A stretch of 16,480 nt of DNA, taken from Pseudobdellovibrionaceae bacterium (GTDB taxonomy: Bacteria > Bdellovibrionota > Bdellovibrionia > Bdellovibrionales > Bdellovibrionaceae). Positions 1-7,666 of the stretch are shown one piece after another (the first letter of the stretch is position 1; the number at the start of each line of letters is the position of its first letter). Location of the stretch: NCBI GenBank assembly GCA_044359815.1, contig JBIKLL010000063.1, positions 1-16,480 of the forward strand, given 5' to 3'. The position numbers and the translations under genes are program-made. Under the pieces are notes generated by a model that ran no database searches, had not been told where the DNA came from, and saw only the letters and a list, made by a program, of their open reading frames with translations.

Positions 1-828
1 CACTGAGTGCTCAGGTTTAGTTGCTATTACCTTTGATTGAACACAACCAGAGGGCGATATCTCATAATCATATGACGGAGTGTTGGTCAAAAGTCCCAGC
101 AGTTCTCCGGAAGTATTAAACAGTGGTGATCCTGATGCATAAACATAACCATCAAAATGACCACTGATCACATTGGTACTGATCGCAGTGATTCTGCCAG
201 GCATGGCTTTCAGGGGCAATCCAGTCGGAGTCCCTATAGCTGTCGCCCATTGATTTGGTTGGGCAGCTTTTGCAATCCTGATCAAGGGTCTTTGTAAGGC
301 CGGCTTCTCAAGCTTCACAATCACCCAGTCATTGCCAGGTCCATAACCAGCTGAGCCTTTTAGTATCTGAGCGCATCTGAAAACCTGATGGTTAGACAGG
401 ATAAAACGGTTTCCAGAAGTGTTTTCGTAGTCAAAAGCAATCAGTGTTTTCTGACATTCCAATTGATTAAAAATGCAATGTCTGGCTGTTAAAAAAACAT
501 CTTCGCCGATTAGAACCCCTGAACATCTGGCGACCGTGGGTTGATTCAAAAATTTTTCTTGGGGGCAGATGGGCCTTTGCCAAACCGGCTCCAGCATTTG
601 TTTGAGCGTGTTTGAATAAAACATGTAGTGGTGAGGGGTTCTTTGAATATCTGTATTTGCTGGGACAATAGCCCCTACAGATTTTCTGTAATAGGACAAT
701 GATGTTTGACTGGCTTCGACCCTGTCATCGATGCCAATAACACCCGCATTTGCTCTTTCAGATACAAATACAGATACAAATACAAATACAAACACCATTG
801 AAAGTGCAATGGTAAAAATCCCCCTCAT
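1..828 (-). CDS. Secreted trypsin-like serine protease (3' end runs off the window)
   Basis: Manual translation from ATG at 828 (AAGGAG SD 8 nt upstream) is open to position 1. Hydrophobic N-terminus MRGIFTIALSMVFVFVFVSVFVSERANA; CSGVLIGEDVFLTARHC (catalytic His), NDWVIVKL (Asp), DGYVYASGSPLFN (Ser). Absent from the ORF track because no stop lies in the window. Confidence 0.9.
   Translation of the reverse strand, partial: MRGIFTIALSMVFVFVFVSVFVSERANAGVIGIDDRVEASQTSLSYYRKSVGAIVPANTDIQRTPHHYMFYSNTLKQMLEPVWQRPICPQEKFLNQPTVARCSGVLIGEDVFLTARHCIFNQLECQKTLIAFDYENTSGNRFILSNHQVFRCAQILKGSAGYGPGNDWVIVKLEKPALQRPLIRIAKAAQPNQWATAIGTPTGLPLKAMPGRITAISTNVISGHFDGYVYASGSPLFNTSGELLGLLTNTPSYDYEISPSGCVQSKVIATKPEHSV
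760..795. repeat. Imperfect hexamer tandem repeat, 6 units of A(A/G)ATAC, inside the protease signal peptide
   Basis: agatac aaatac agatac aaatac aaatac aaacac; encodes VFVFVFVSVFVS on the minus strand. Confidence 0.8.
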
Positions 829-1171
829 AGTTTCATCTCCTTGAAACGCTGAGGTATCTTAGAAAATAAATTTTCATTTTGGCAACTAATGTAAAAATAA
901 AAATCTTGCGGCTGAGTAATTCTTGAAACACTCAAAATAAGTTTTATTATTTCCAGAAGCTATTGGAATAGTTCCGACCGTATTCTTAAAATTCAGAATT
1001 TATACGCGGCGAAAGGTTAATGCTTCAAATAGAATTTAGTTATCGATGAACATAATATTTCAGTGGTCATTGTTAGGTTTTTGTTTTTTCAAAGATTAGA
1101 GACTTTAGTTTTCAGGAAATTTTAATATTATGTGGCCAGAATAATTTAAACAATAACACAAAGGAGTGTTT

Positions 1172-1702
1172 ATGAATTCAAAATGGATTTTTTTGATTCT
1201 TATGTCTGCGGTTTCTGTGCATGCAAAGTCTTTGTCTGAAACAGAAATTCCTTTACTCAGTTCAGTATCGTTTTTTGAATCAGACAGGGTTTCAAATTTT
1301 CGCATCACAGGCGCTGTGGCAACAAGGGCTGCGACATCTGTAATCCGTGATCGTGCCGCCGAAGAAGAATGCCGCAGGGATTTAGGTGACCGTCCGTCCT
1401 ATGAATGTGATTTGGGTCAATACCGATATTCAAAAGTGGTTGAAGTCATCGTTGATTACAGTGCCATGAATGATAACAGCCCTGTCAGATTTCAGATTCT
1501 GGCATCACGATTGCCAGCACAGGTTGTAGCAGAAATTGAAAATAACCGCAGAGCCAAAACCGCAAATAAGTATTTTCAATTAAACAGACGTGACTACACT
1601 GTAGAGGCTTCGCACACTGAATGCCGTGATGAAGCTCAAACGGATTGTTACCCAGTTTATTCAAAAGTTAACAAATTTGATTTAAGTCTTTTGGTTAAAT
1701 AA
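1172..1702 (+). CDS. Secreted hypothetical protein, 176 aa, four Cys
   Basis: AAGGAG at 1161-1166 favours ATG 1172 over GTG 1166; Sec-type signal MNSKWIFLILMSAVSVHA; followed by a terminator. Confidence 0.8.
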   Translation: MNSKWIFLILMSAVSVHAKSLSETEIPLLSSVSFFESDRVSNFRITGAVATRAATSVIRDRAAEEECRRDLGDRPSYECDLGQYRYSKVVEVIVDYSAMNDNSPVRFQILASRLPAQVVAEIENNRRAKTANKYFQLNRRDYTVEASHTECRDEAQTDCYPVYSKVNKFDLSLLVK

Positions 1703-1720
1703 AACTAACGGTTAAATAAC

Positions 1721-1777
1721 ACTAAAAAGCCAACAGTCACAGCTGTTGGCTTTTTTTATGCCTAATCAGTGAATGGC
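1721..1777 (+). repeat. 57-bp direct repeat, copy 1
   Basis: actaaaaagccaacagtcacagctgttggctttttttatgcctaatcagtgaatggc; 53/57 identical to 2992-3048. Confidence 0.95.
1724..1757 (+). terminator. Rho-independent terminator (potentially bidirectional)
   Basis: AAAAA-GCCAACAG-tcacag-CTGTTGGC-TTTTTTT, 21 nt after the stop at 1702. Confidence 0.9.
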
Positions 1778-1978
1778 TAAGGTGCATCTGTTAGATATTA
1801 TATAGATAAGTAAGTTAGATAATTGCTGATTAAAGTTTTGACATATAAAAAAGAGCTGACAATTTTTGAACCGTTTGAAGGAAAAATTGTTTTTTAAATT
1901 CTTTCGGTATTTATTTTTGGCTGAATACTTTAAAACCTGACCTTCATTTAAATTCATACCATCAAATAAGGAGGGGTT

Positions 1979-2962
1979 ATGAAAGGTTTTAAGGTTTTAA
2001 TGTTTTCGGTCTGTATCAGCGGCTTAGTGGGATGTTCAAAAGATGATTCCCCAGCACCGGCTAATAACAATTGCAGTCAGTAATTTGTGAATGATTATAA
2101 CGATACTTTTGTATCCCTTAAAATGAGTTGCCAAGCATTTGTTGATAAATACAGCTTCGTTAGCACCTGTGAGTCACAGTCATTAATGACCGGAGAGCGC
2201 AAAACTATCGTAATGAGTGATATCAAAAACAAATGCTCAGGTGGATCTGCGAAGCTTGAAGGCGGTAACAGTTCAGCCCCGTCAGGTGCAGAATCTTCTG
2301 GTGCAGCAGGTGACGGCAGTTCTTCCAAAGCTGATGCTAGTGAAGCTCAACGAGTGGTAGTGGCTGGCGATGATATAAAAATAGACGCCGATTTTAAAAA
2401 GCATTTAGATAAAAACACATTGCAAATGAGAATGAAGATTCAGGATTTGAAAAAGGTCAATTCACTGATCTTGATGAAAGATACGGATGCGTCCAGCATA
2501 AAATTAGCTTTAAACGGCCAGGTTTTGAGTGGTTGGCAATTTAAAGGCAGAACTGCTTTGGAAGACGGTCCTCAATATTGTTCATTGATGACAGTGAGTT
2601 TTAGCAAAATTAAAACAGATGAAGATTGGATTTATCTAGATTCAAGGGATTTAGACGCCAACTCTGGCAATCCTCTTGTATCGACACAAAATTTAGTTTT
2701 TGTGCAGGAATCAAAAATAAATGATTTTGACGACAATGATCTAATGATTGTCACGTGCTACAATAAAAACTCAATCAGCAGAACAATTCAGCTTAAACAT
2801 GTCAGAGATCATTTTACCGGCATCTTAAATTTTGAATTGGAAGATTCATCAAAAGCAAAAAAGCCAGAGGCAGAGGCTGAAGACCCTGCTGCAAAAAAAC
2901 CAGAAGGAGTCGATGCTATTTTTGGCTCCGGAGGGCGCCTTAAGGAAAAGCCAGCTAAATAA
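1979..2962 (+). pseudogene. Lipoprotein gene interrupted by a single in-frame TAA at 2081-2083
   Basis: AAGGAGG SD then ATG 1979: MKGFKVLMFSVCISGLVG|CSKDDSPAPANNNCSQ*FVNDYN..., which continues in the same frame into the 2087..2962 ORF (2087-1979=108). Lipobox LVGC. Confidence 0.8.
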
Positions 2963-2991
2963 TCTGGTAATTAATCGTTAATTGTTTTTAA

Positions 2992-3048
2992 ACTAAAAAG
3001 CCAACGGTCAAATCTGTTGGCTTTTTTTATGCCTAATCAGCGAATGGC
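2992..3048 (+). repeat. 57-bp direct repeat, copy 2
   Basis: actaaaaagccaacggtcaaatctgttggctttttttatgcctaatcagcgaatggc; 4 mismatches to copy 1. Confidence 0.95.
2995..3028 (+). terminator. Rho-independent terminator (potentially bidirectional)
   Basis: AAAAA-GCCAACGG-tcaaat-CTGTTGGC-TTTTTTT (one G.U pair) downstream of the stop at 2962. Confidence 0.88.
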
Positions 3049-3430
3049 GTTTTCCGCAAGTTGTATTAAAGCCTAAAACCAGCTTCTATCTTATCTTCTT
3101 AAAAAAGTAACAACTGTAAATCGTAGAGTTAGCAGGTTTGTTGTTTCTGGCTTCTTTAAACTATGCAGCCAAGCGAAGTATTTGGGAGCATAATATGCCA
3201 GACGATGGAAAGTTTGTTTATTATAATGCGACAAATAGATTTGAAATCAAAATGTGATAAAGTTGACAATCCCAAAGTAAAAGTTGCTATCAAGAAGTTG
3301 ATTGAATTTAAAGGTTGGAAGAGCGGCTCTGCAATAGGTAACGTTAAGGCAACAGAAGGCGTAAATTGATAAGCCTTGAGTAAATCAAAAGAATTTGTGG
3401 CTTTAAATCTCTTCGCAATGGAAGTAAAAT

Positions 3431-3739
3431 TCAGTCAACGTTTAATCGTTCATTCAAAACGTTGTCTTTATAGCTTTCTGCCAAAAAATCTATATCTACT
3501 AAATCTATTTTAATCGGCAAGTCTGAGTCTTCCAAAGCACTTTTAATTCCAGAAAAAAAGCCGTATGGAATATTAGAATTTTTTGGAATCTGATACAAAA
3601 TGTCCAAATCTGAGAACTTTTGAAAATCACCCCTGGCTCTGGAGCCGAAAACCCAAGTTTTAATACCTATATTTTTAAATGGGATAAAAATTAATGATTC
3701 AACTATTTTAAATTCTTTTTCCGAGAGTCCAAATTTCAT
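3431..3739 (-). CDS. Minimal nucleotidyltransferase (MNT, Pol-beta superfamily), putative antitoxin
   Basis: FGSRARGDFQKFSDLD (GS-x10-DxD) and C-terminal KIDLVD; 102 aa; its ATG overlaps the upstream HEPN stop by 4 nt. Confidence 0.92.
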   Translation of the reverse strand: MKFGLSEKEFKIVESLIFIPFKNIGIKTWVFGSRARGDFQKFSDLDILYQIPKNSNIPYGFFSGIKSALEDSDLPIKIDLVDIDFLAESYKDNVLNERLNVD

Positions 3740-4116
3740 TTTATAGAAAGTTTCTTTAGCAGATTTAGGCCTTCCGGTAGAAAAGATTTTGACACCTCTA
3801 AAACCATTTTTGCCATATCCTCGTCATATGTGTGAGAGCTCTTGTTGCGAGCATCCAGAAAACTCAGCCACAAATCAAAATCTTCAATCAGACTGTTTCT
3901 AGCCATTTCTCTTAAAGCAGGTTTGGGGGCGGGTTCAACGATTCCCAAAACCTTCATTGAAATCTTCCAAGATAGCTCAAAGCAAAACTCAAACCGCTGT
4001 ATGCAAGCATCTCGGTTGATTTTATAATCGACTTCATCTTTTTTTTGTTTTATCCGTTCCAGAGATTCGGACAAGGCAGTCATGGCTTTTTGAAGTTCTG
4101 CTATTGAAGCCGCCAA
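3736..4116 (-). CDS. HEPN-domain protein (HI0074 / nucleotidyltransferase substrate-binding family), putative RNase toxin
   Basis: RDACIQRFEFCFELSWK and RNKSSHTYDE (R-x4-H-x-Y); TTG start with AAGGGG SD. Confidence 0.92.
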   Translation of the reverse strand: MAASIAELQKAMTALSESLERIKQKKDEVDYKINRDACIQRFEFCFELSWKISMKVLGIVEPAPKPALREMARNSLIEDFDLWLSFLDARNKSSHTYDEDMAKMVLEVSKSFLPEGLNLLKKLSIK

Positions 4117-4144
4117 TTGAATGCCCCTTTAATAAAAGAAAAAT

Positions 4145-4221
4145 TGGGGTGACCAACGGGGCTTGAACCCGCGACCCTGGGAATCACAATCCCATGCTCT
4201 ACCAACTGAGCTATGGTCACC
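4145..4221 (-). tRNA. tRNA-His (GTG) with encoded G-1, C73 and CCA
   Basis: Reverse complement GGTGACCATAGCTCAGTTGGTAGAGCATGGGATTGTGATTCCCAGGGTCGCGGGTTCAAGCCCCGTTGGTCACCCCA folds as a cloverleaf; anticodon loop TTGTGAT. Confidence 0.98.
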
Positions 4222-4257
4222 ATCGAAAATAAAACCTAAAATAAAACGCAAATGTGA

Positions 4258-4285
4258 TTTATATATTCTGATATCGAAAAGGCAA
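4258..4285 (-). promoter_or_regulatory. Possible sigma70 promoter for tRNA-His
   Basis: TTGCCT-N16-TATAAA on the minus strand, 36 nt upstream of the tRNA; the AT-rich context makes the match weak. Confidence 0.35.
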
Positions 4286-4295
4286 GGTTTATTTA

Positions 4296-5156
4296 ATGAA
4301 ACATCCAGTGATAGCTGCTCTAAGTGCCTATATTTTATGGGGTATTTTCCCGATATTCTGGAAGCTATTGGATAACCACTCAGCTGGGGAAATCCTCAGC
4401 CATCGCATTATTTGGTCGCTGGTAATCTTTGCGGGCATATTTTATTTCAAGTTTCAAAATTTCAAGGTCTTTTTACAGCTTAGCAAGGGCACAGTTTTTA
4501 AGATTTTAGTAGCCGGAGTTTTGCTGTCGATAAACTGGCTCACCTACATTTATGCTGTGAACTCGGGCCACGTGATCGAAGGATCTTTGGCGTATTTTAT
4601 TACCCCATTGCTCAATGTTGCCATGGGGATTTTTATATTTAAAGAGCGCATAAATATTTTTGCCCTAACTGCGTTTTTGCTTTCTTTAGTGGCAGTGGGG
4701 CGAATGATTTTTATGGAGCACGAATGGCCCGTGTTTGCGCTGATTATGGCGGTTACTTTTTCCAGTTACGGGATGATCAAAAAAATGATCCAGGTCAGTC
4801 CGATAGTTTCAGTGACCCTCGAATCTTTTTTTGTATTTCCTATTGCATTGATTGGAGCCTTCTATTTTAGAATCCATTCTCCAGCACCAATGCCAATGAT
4901 TGATTTAGTGTATTTTATAATTGGTGGGATAATCACAGCCCTTCCGATATTTTGGTTTTCCCTGGCTGTGCAGAAAGTTTCATTGAACGTAATGGGGTTT
5001 ATGCAATTTATTTCACCAACAATTCAATTTTTATTGGCCGTGTATTTGTACAACGAGCCCTTTACTGAAATTCGAAAATATTCTTTTGCCATGATCTGGG
5101 TAGCTATTGCGATTTTTTTGATTGGCCAAATTCCCATGGCAAAAAAAACCAATTGA
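4296..5156 (+). CDS. rarD: EamA/DMT family permease RarD
   Basis: AYILWGIFPIFWK, EILSHRIIWS, NWLTYIYAVNSGHVIEGSLAYFITPL, GFMQFISPTIQF; about 10 TM segments. Confidence 0.93.
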   Translation: MKHPVIAALSAYILWGIFPIFWKLLDNHSAGEILSHRIIWSLVIFAGIFYFKFQNFKVFLQLSKGTVFKILVAGVLLSINWLTYIYAVNSGHVIEGSLAYFITPLLNVAMGIFIFKERINIFALTAFLLSLVAVGRMIFMEHEWPVFALIMAVTFSSYGMIKKMIQVSPIVSVTLESFFVFPIALIGAFYFRIHSPAPMPMIDLVYFIIGGIITALPIFWFSLAVQKVSLNVMGFMQFISPTIQFLLAVYLYNEPFTEIRKYSFAMIWVAIAIFLIGQIPMAKKTN

Positions 5157-5201
5157 TATAAGCCATTATCCATCTGCTTTTATCCGCGTAACAGAATAGT
5201 T

Positions 5202-5249
5202 GAGACTATTTGGCGCGCCCCAAAAATACAAAACGTGTAATTAGGTCCC
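5202..5249. promoter_or_regulatory. Two candidate upstream activator sites (15 bp, 33 bp apart)
   Basis: GAGACTATTTGGCGC (5202-5216) and GTGTAATTAGGTCCC (5235-5249); both are imperfect GnG-AT-rich-GnCnC dyads resembling 13483-13497. Confidence 0.4.
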
Positions 5250-5277
5250 AAATATTAGCCAAATCATAACAATTTCC

Positions 5278-5294
5278 TTGGCATCTCATTAGCA
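5278..5294 (+). promoter_or_regulatory. sigma54 (RpoN) -24/-12 promoter of the cco operon
   Basis: TTGGCATCTCATTAGCA: GG(5280-81)-N10-GC(5292-93), near consensus TGGCAC-N5-TTGCW, 16 nt before the ccoI ATG. Confidence 0.7.
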
Positions 5295-5309
5295 TATCCA
5301 ATACGGCAA

Positions 5310-7496
5310 ATGCCATCAGACACATCCTTAGACGTTTCATTTCTAGACCAACTGCAGTTTCGTGATCTGTATTTTTCTGGCGGCAAAACCCCTAAAATCA
5401 GACTTTATGCTGACAATATCAATTGCTCAAAATGCATTCAGAAAATCGAATCTATCAGGGATTCAAATCTGCAAAACATTTCAGCGTCACTCAATAATCA
5501 CACGATTGAAATTTCGCTGACCAGCGAATCAGCTCAGGTGCTGCCGATTTTGCAGAAAATTAAAAATCTGGGTTTTCATATTTATCCTCTGGAAAATCAA
5601 TCCACAGCAGAAAAGCTGTCAGTGAAGACTTTCAGGAAAGACCTCATCAGACTGGCCGTTGTTGGCACCTGTGCTGGGCAAATTATGACGTTGGCTTTAT
5701 CAGAATACTTTGGGCTTCCGGCTGACCTAAAACCATTTTTTAATTGGGTTAGCTTTGCCTTGTATCTGCCCGTAGTCACCTATGGTGCCTGGCCATTTTA
5801 CGAAAAATTTCTGATCGATGCTTTTTCTAAAAAAGTTTCCATCGATACCACCATGACCTTGGCTTCATTGCTGGGTTTTGCTTTTTCGACCTACAATTTG
5901 ATTCAGGGGCAGGGGTCTATTTATTTTGATTCACTGAGCGGTTTTGTATTTCTGATTCTGCTGAGCAGGTTTTTTCAGCGTCAGGTGCAACGTAAAATAA
6001 ATTTAGGCATTGAAAAGCAAACTGGATTTATTGTTGGGTTTTACAAAAAACATATTGGGGATCAGCTGGTCACAGTCCCTGTAAAATCCCTCATGGTTGG
6101 TGATCAAGTTCAAGCCATGGTGGGTGATCCATTGCAGTTTGATGCTCAGCTGATTTCAGAATCTGCTTGGGTTGATCCTTCTTCATTGACCGGGGAATCT
6201 GCGCCCAAGCTCTATCAACAGGGGCAAATTATCCCAGCGGGCAGTGTGGTTTTAAAATCTCAAGTCCGAGTTTCAGTGCAAAAATTATTTAAGGACTCTG
6301 AAATCGGTCAAACGATCGAGGCCACATTAAAAAGCGCAGCCGTTAAATCCAGTTGGCTCAATGTCACCGACATTGCGGCTCAGGTCTTGATGGTGACAGT
6401 GCTGACTATAGGTGTGGTGTTTTTATTTGTGACCAATGCATTTCAGAATCCAGAAATGCTTGAAAGGTTTTTGGCTTTAATCATTTTAGCCTGTCCTTGC
6501 GCTTTAGCTTTTGGGACGCCTTTAGCATTTCAGTTTTCAATGCGAAACGCTCTTAAAAAAGGCATAGTGGTTAAATCCATTAATGCTTTTTTTGAAATTC
6601 ACAAAATCAAAAATTATTTGTTTGATAAAACGGGCACGCTGACTGATTCGCAGGCACAGGTGCAATCAATGATTCCCGTTGATGTCAGCGAAACTGACCG
6701 TCAAGTTATGGCTAGCATTCAAGCCCAGTCTTATCATCCAATGGCTTTTGCGATCAGAAGTTTTCTGGATTTTAAAGGCGAGCTTTTGCCTGTCAGTGAA
6801 TTTAAAATTTTACAGAATCTGGGTGTTGGCGCCATCGTGGGCGGTGATGAATATCAGTTTTTAGATGATTCAAACAACAATCAAAAAATCATTGGTTTTT
6901 ATAGGATTGAACCCGGCCTTAGGGATCAGCCAACACCAGTAAATAAAAAAATGATTTGTCAGTTTTTGATCAAAGAGCCTGTTTATAAGTTGAGCCAGTC
7001 TGTTATTGCTGAACTTAAAAAATCAGGACGCCATTGCAAAATGCTGACGGGTGATCAATCAACCGTGGCAGCTTCTGTGGGGCAGCAGTTGGGCTTTACT
7101 CCGTCTGAGATTTATGCTGACTTGACGGCATTTCAAAAAGCCCTGCTAGTGCAAAAAAATTCACCTTCTGTTTTTATTGGTGATGGCGAAAACGATTCTT
7201 TGTCAATGACCAAGGCCACAGTGTCCATCGCTGTGGGTGGAGCTGTGGGGTCAGCCCTTAAATCCTGTGATGTCTTGTTTGTGGATGGCAAAGTCGAAAA
7301 GATTTTTGATTTGCTGAAGCTGTCCCAAAAAGCCAGACGGTTGATGATTCAAAACATCACTCTTAGTTTTACTTATAATTTTGTGGGTGGAGTGCTGGCC
7401 CTGATGGGATTTGTCAGTCCTATGGTGGCTGCAGCCTTAATGCCCCTTAGTTCAGGATTGATATTACTGTCCACAGTGATCGGGGGGCGTGAATGA
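5310..7496 (+). CDS. ccoI: P1B-type heavy-metal (Cu) ATPase for cbb3 oxidase assembly
   Basis: HMA-like CSKC, TGES, CPC, DKTGT, HP, TGD, GDGEND, YN, MPLSS motifs; directly upstream of ccoS/ccoN. Confidence 0.9.
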   Translation: MPSDTSLDVSFLDQLQFRDLYFSGGKTPKIRLYADNINCSKCIQKIESIRDSNLQNISASLNNHTIEISLTSESAQVLPILQKIKNLGFHIYPLENQSTAEKLSVKTFRKDLIRLAVVGTCAGQIMTLALSEYFGLPADLKPFFNWVSFALYLPVVTYGAWPFYEKFLIDAFSKKVSIDTTMTLASLLGFAFSTYNLIQGQGSIYFDSLSGFVFLILLSRFFQRQVQRKINLGIEKQTGFIVGFYKKHIGDQLVTVPVKSLMVGDQVQAMVGDPLQFDAQLISESAWVDPSSLTGESAPKLYQQGQIIPAGSVVLKSQVRVSVQKLFKDSEIGQTIEATLKSAAVKSSWLNVTDIAAQVLMVTVLTIGVVFLFVTNAFQNPEMLERFLALIILACPCALAFGTPLAFQFSMRNALKKGIVVKSINAFFEIHKIKNYLFDKTGTLTDSQAQVQSMIPVDVSETDRQVMASIQAQSYHPMAFAIRSFLDFKGELLPVSEFKILQNLGVGAIVGGDEYQFLDDSNNNQKIIGFYRIEPGLRDQPTPVNKKMICQFLIKEPVYKLSQSVIAELKKSGRHCKMLTGDQSTVAASVGQQLGFTPSEIYADLTAFQKALLVQKNSPSVFIGDGENDSLSMTKATVSIAVGGAVGSALKSCDVLFVDGKVEKIFDLLKLSQKARRLMIQNITLSFTYNFVGGVLALMGFVSPMVAAALMPLSSGLILLSTVIGGRE

Positions 7497-7666
7497 GTGT
7501 GCTTTTTTTGATGATTCCCATGGCCATAATATTTGCCATCGGATTTGTAGGATTTTTTATTTGGGCGACACAGAGCGGGCAGTTCGATGACGTGGAAACC
7601 CCGGCGCACAGAATTTTATTTGATGAAACAAACCAAACAACAGGAGTGGAAAGTGGTGAACAATAA
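7493..7666 (+). CDS. ccoS: cbb3-type oxidase maturation protein CcoS/FixS, 57 aa
   Basis: Manual translation MSVLFLMIPMAIIFAIGFVGFFIWATQSGQFDDVETPAHRILFDE...; W-x4-GQFDD-x3-PA-x-RIL signature; ATGA overlap with the ccoI stop. Confidence 0.93.
   Translation: MSVLFLMIPMAIIFAIGFVGFFIWATQSGQFDDVETPAHRILFDETNQTTGVESGEQ

Noticed and set aside
1703..1796. Integron attC reading (AACTAAC after the stop ... GTTAGAT)
   Set aside because: The first box breaks RYYYAAC, the second repeat copy lacks equivalent boxes, the hairpin is a typical terminator, and no integrase is in the window.
1773..1805. 10-codon ORF starting in the repeat tail (a same-length ORF starts at 3044)
   Set aside because: No SD, unrelated peptide sequences, and both lie just downstream of terminators; likely coincidence.
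1721..3048. CRISPR array
   Set aside because: Only two 57-bp copies 1271 bp apart with a gene between them; no cas genes.
3163..3369. 68-aa ORF as a real gene
   Set aside because: No clear SD and no recognisable motif; at best part of a decayed gene.
5153..5166. FNR box upstream of ccoI (TTGATataaGCCAT)
   Set aside because: Only one half-site matches TTGAT-N4-ATCAA, and it overlaps the rarD stop codon.
7587..7652. ORF-track ATG start for ccoNO
   Set aside because: Lies deep inside ccoS; the SD at 7642-7646 points to GTG 7653/7656.
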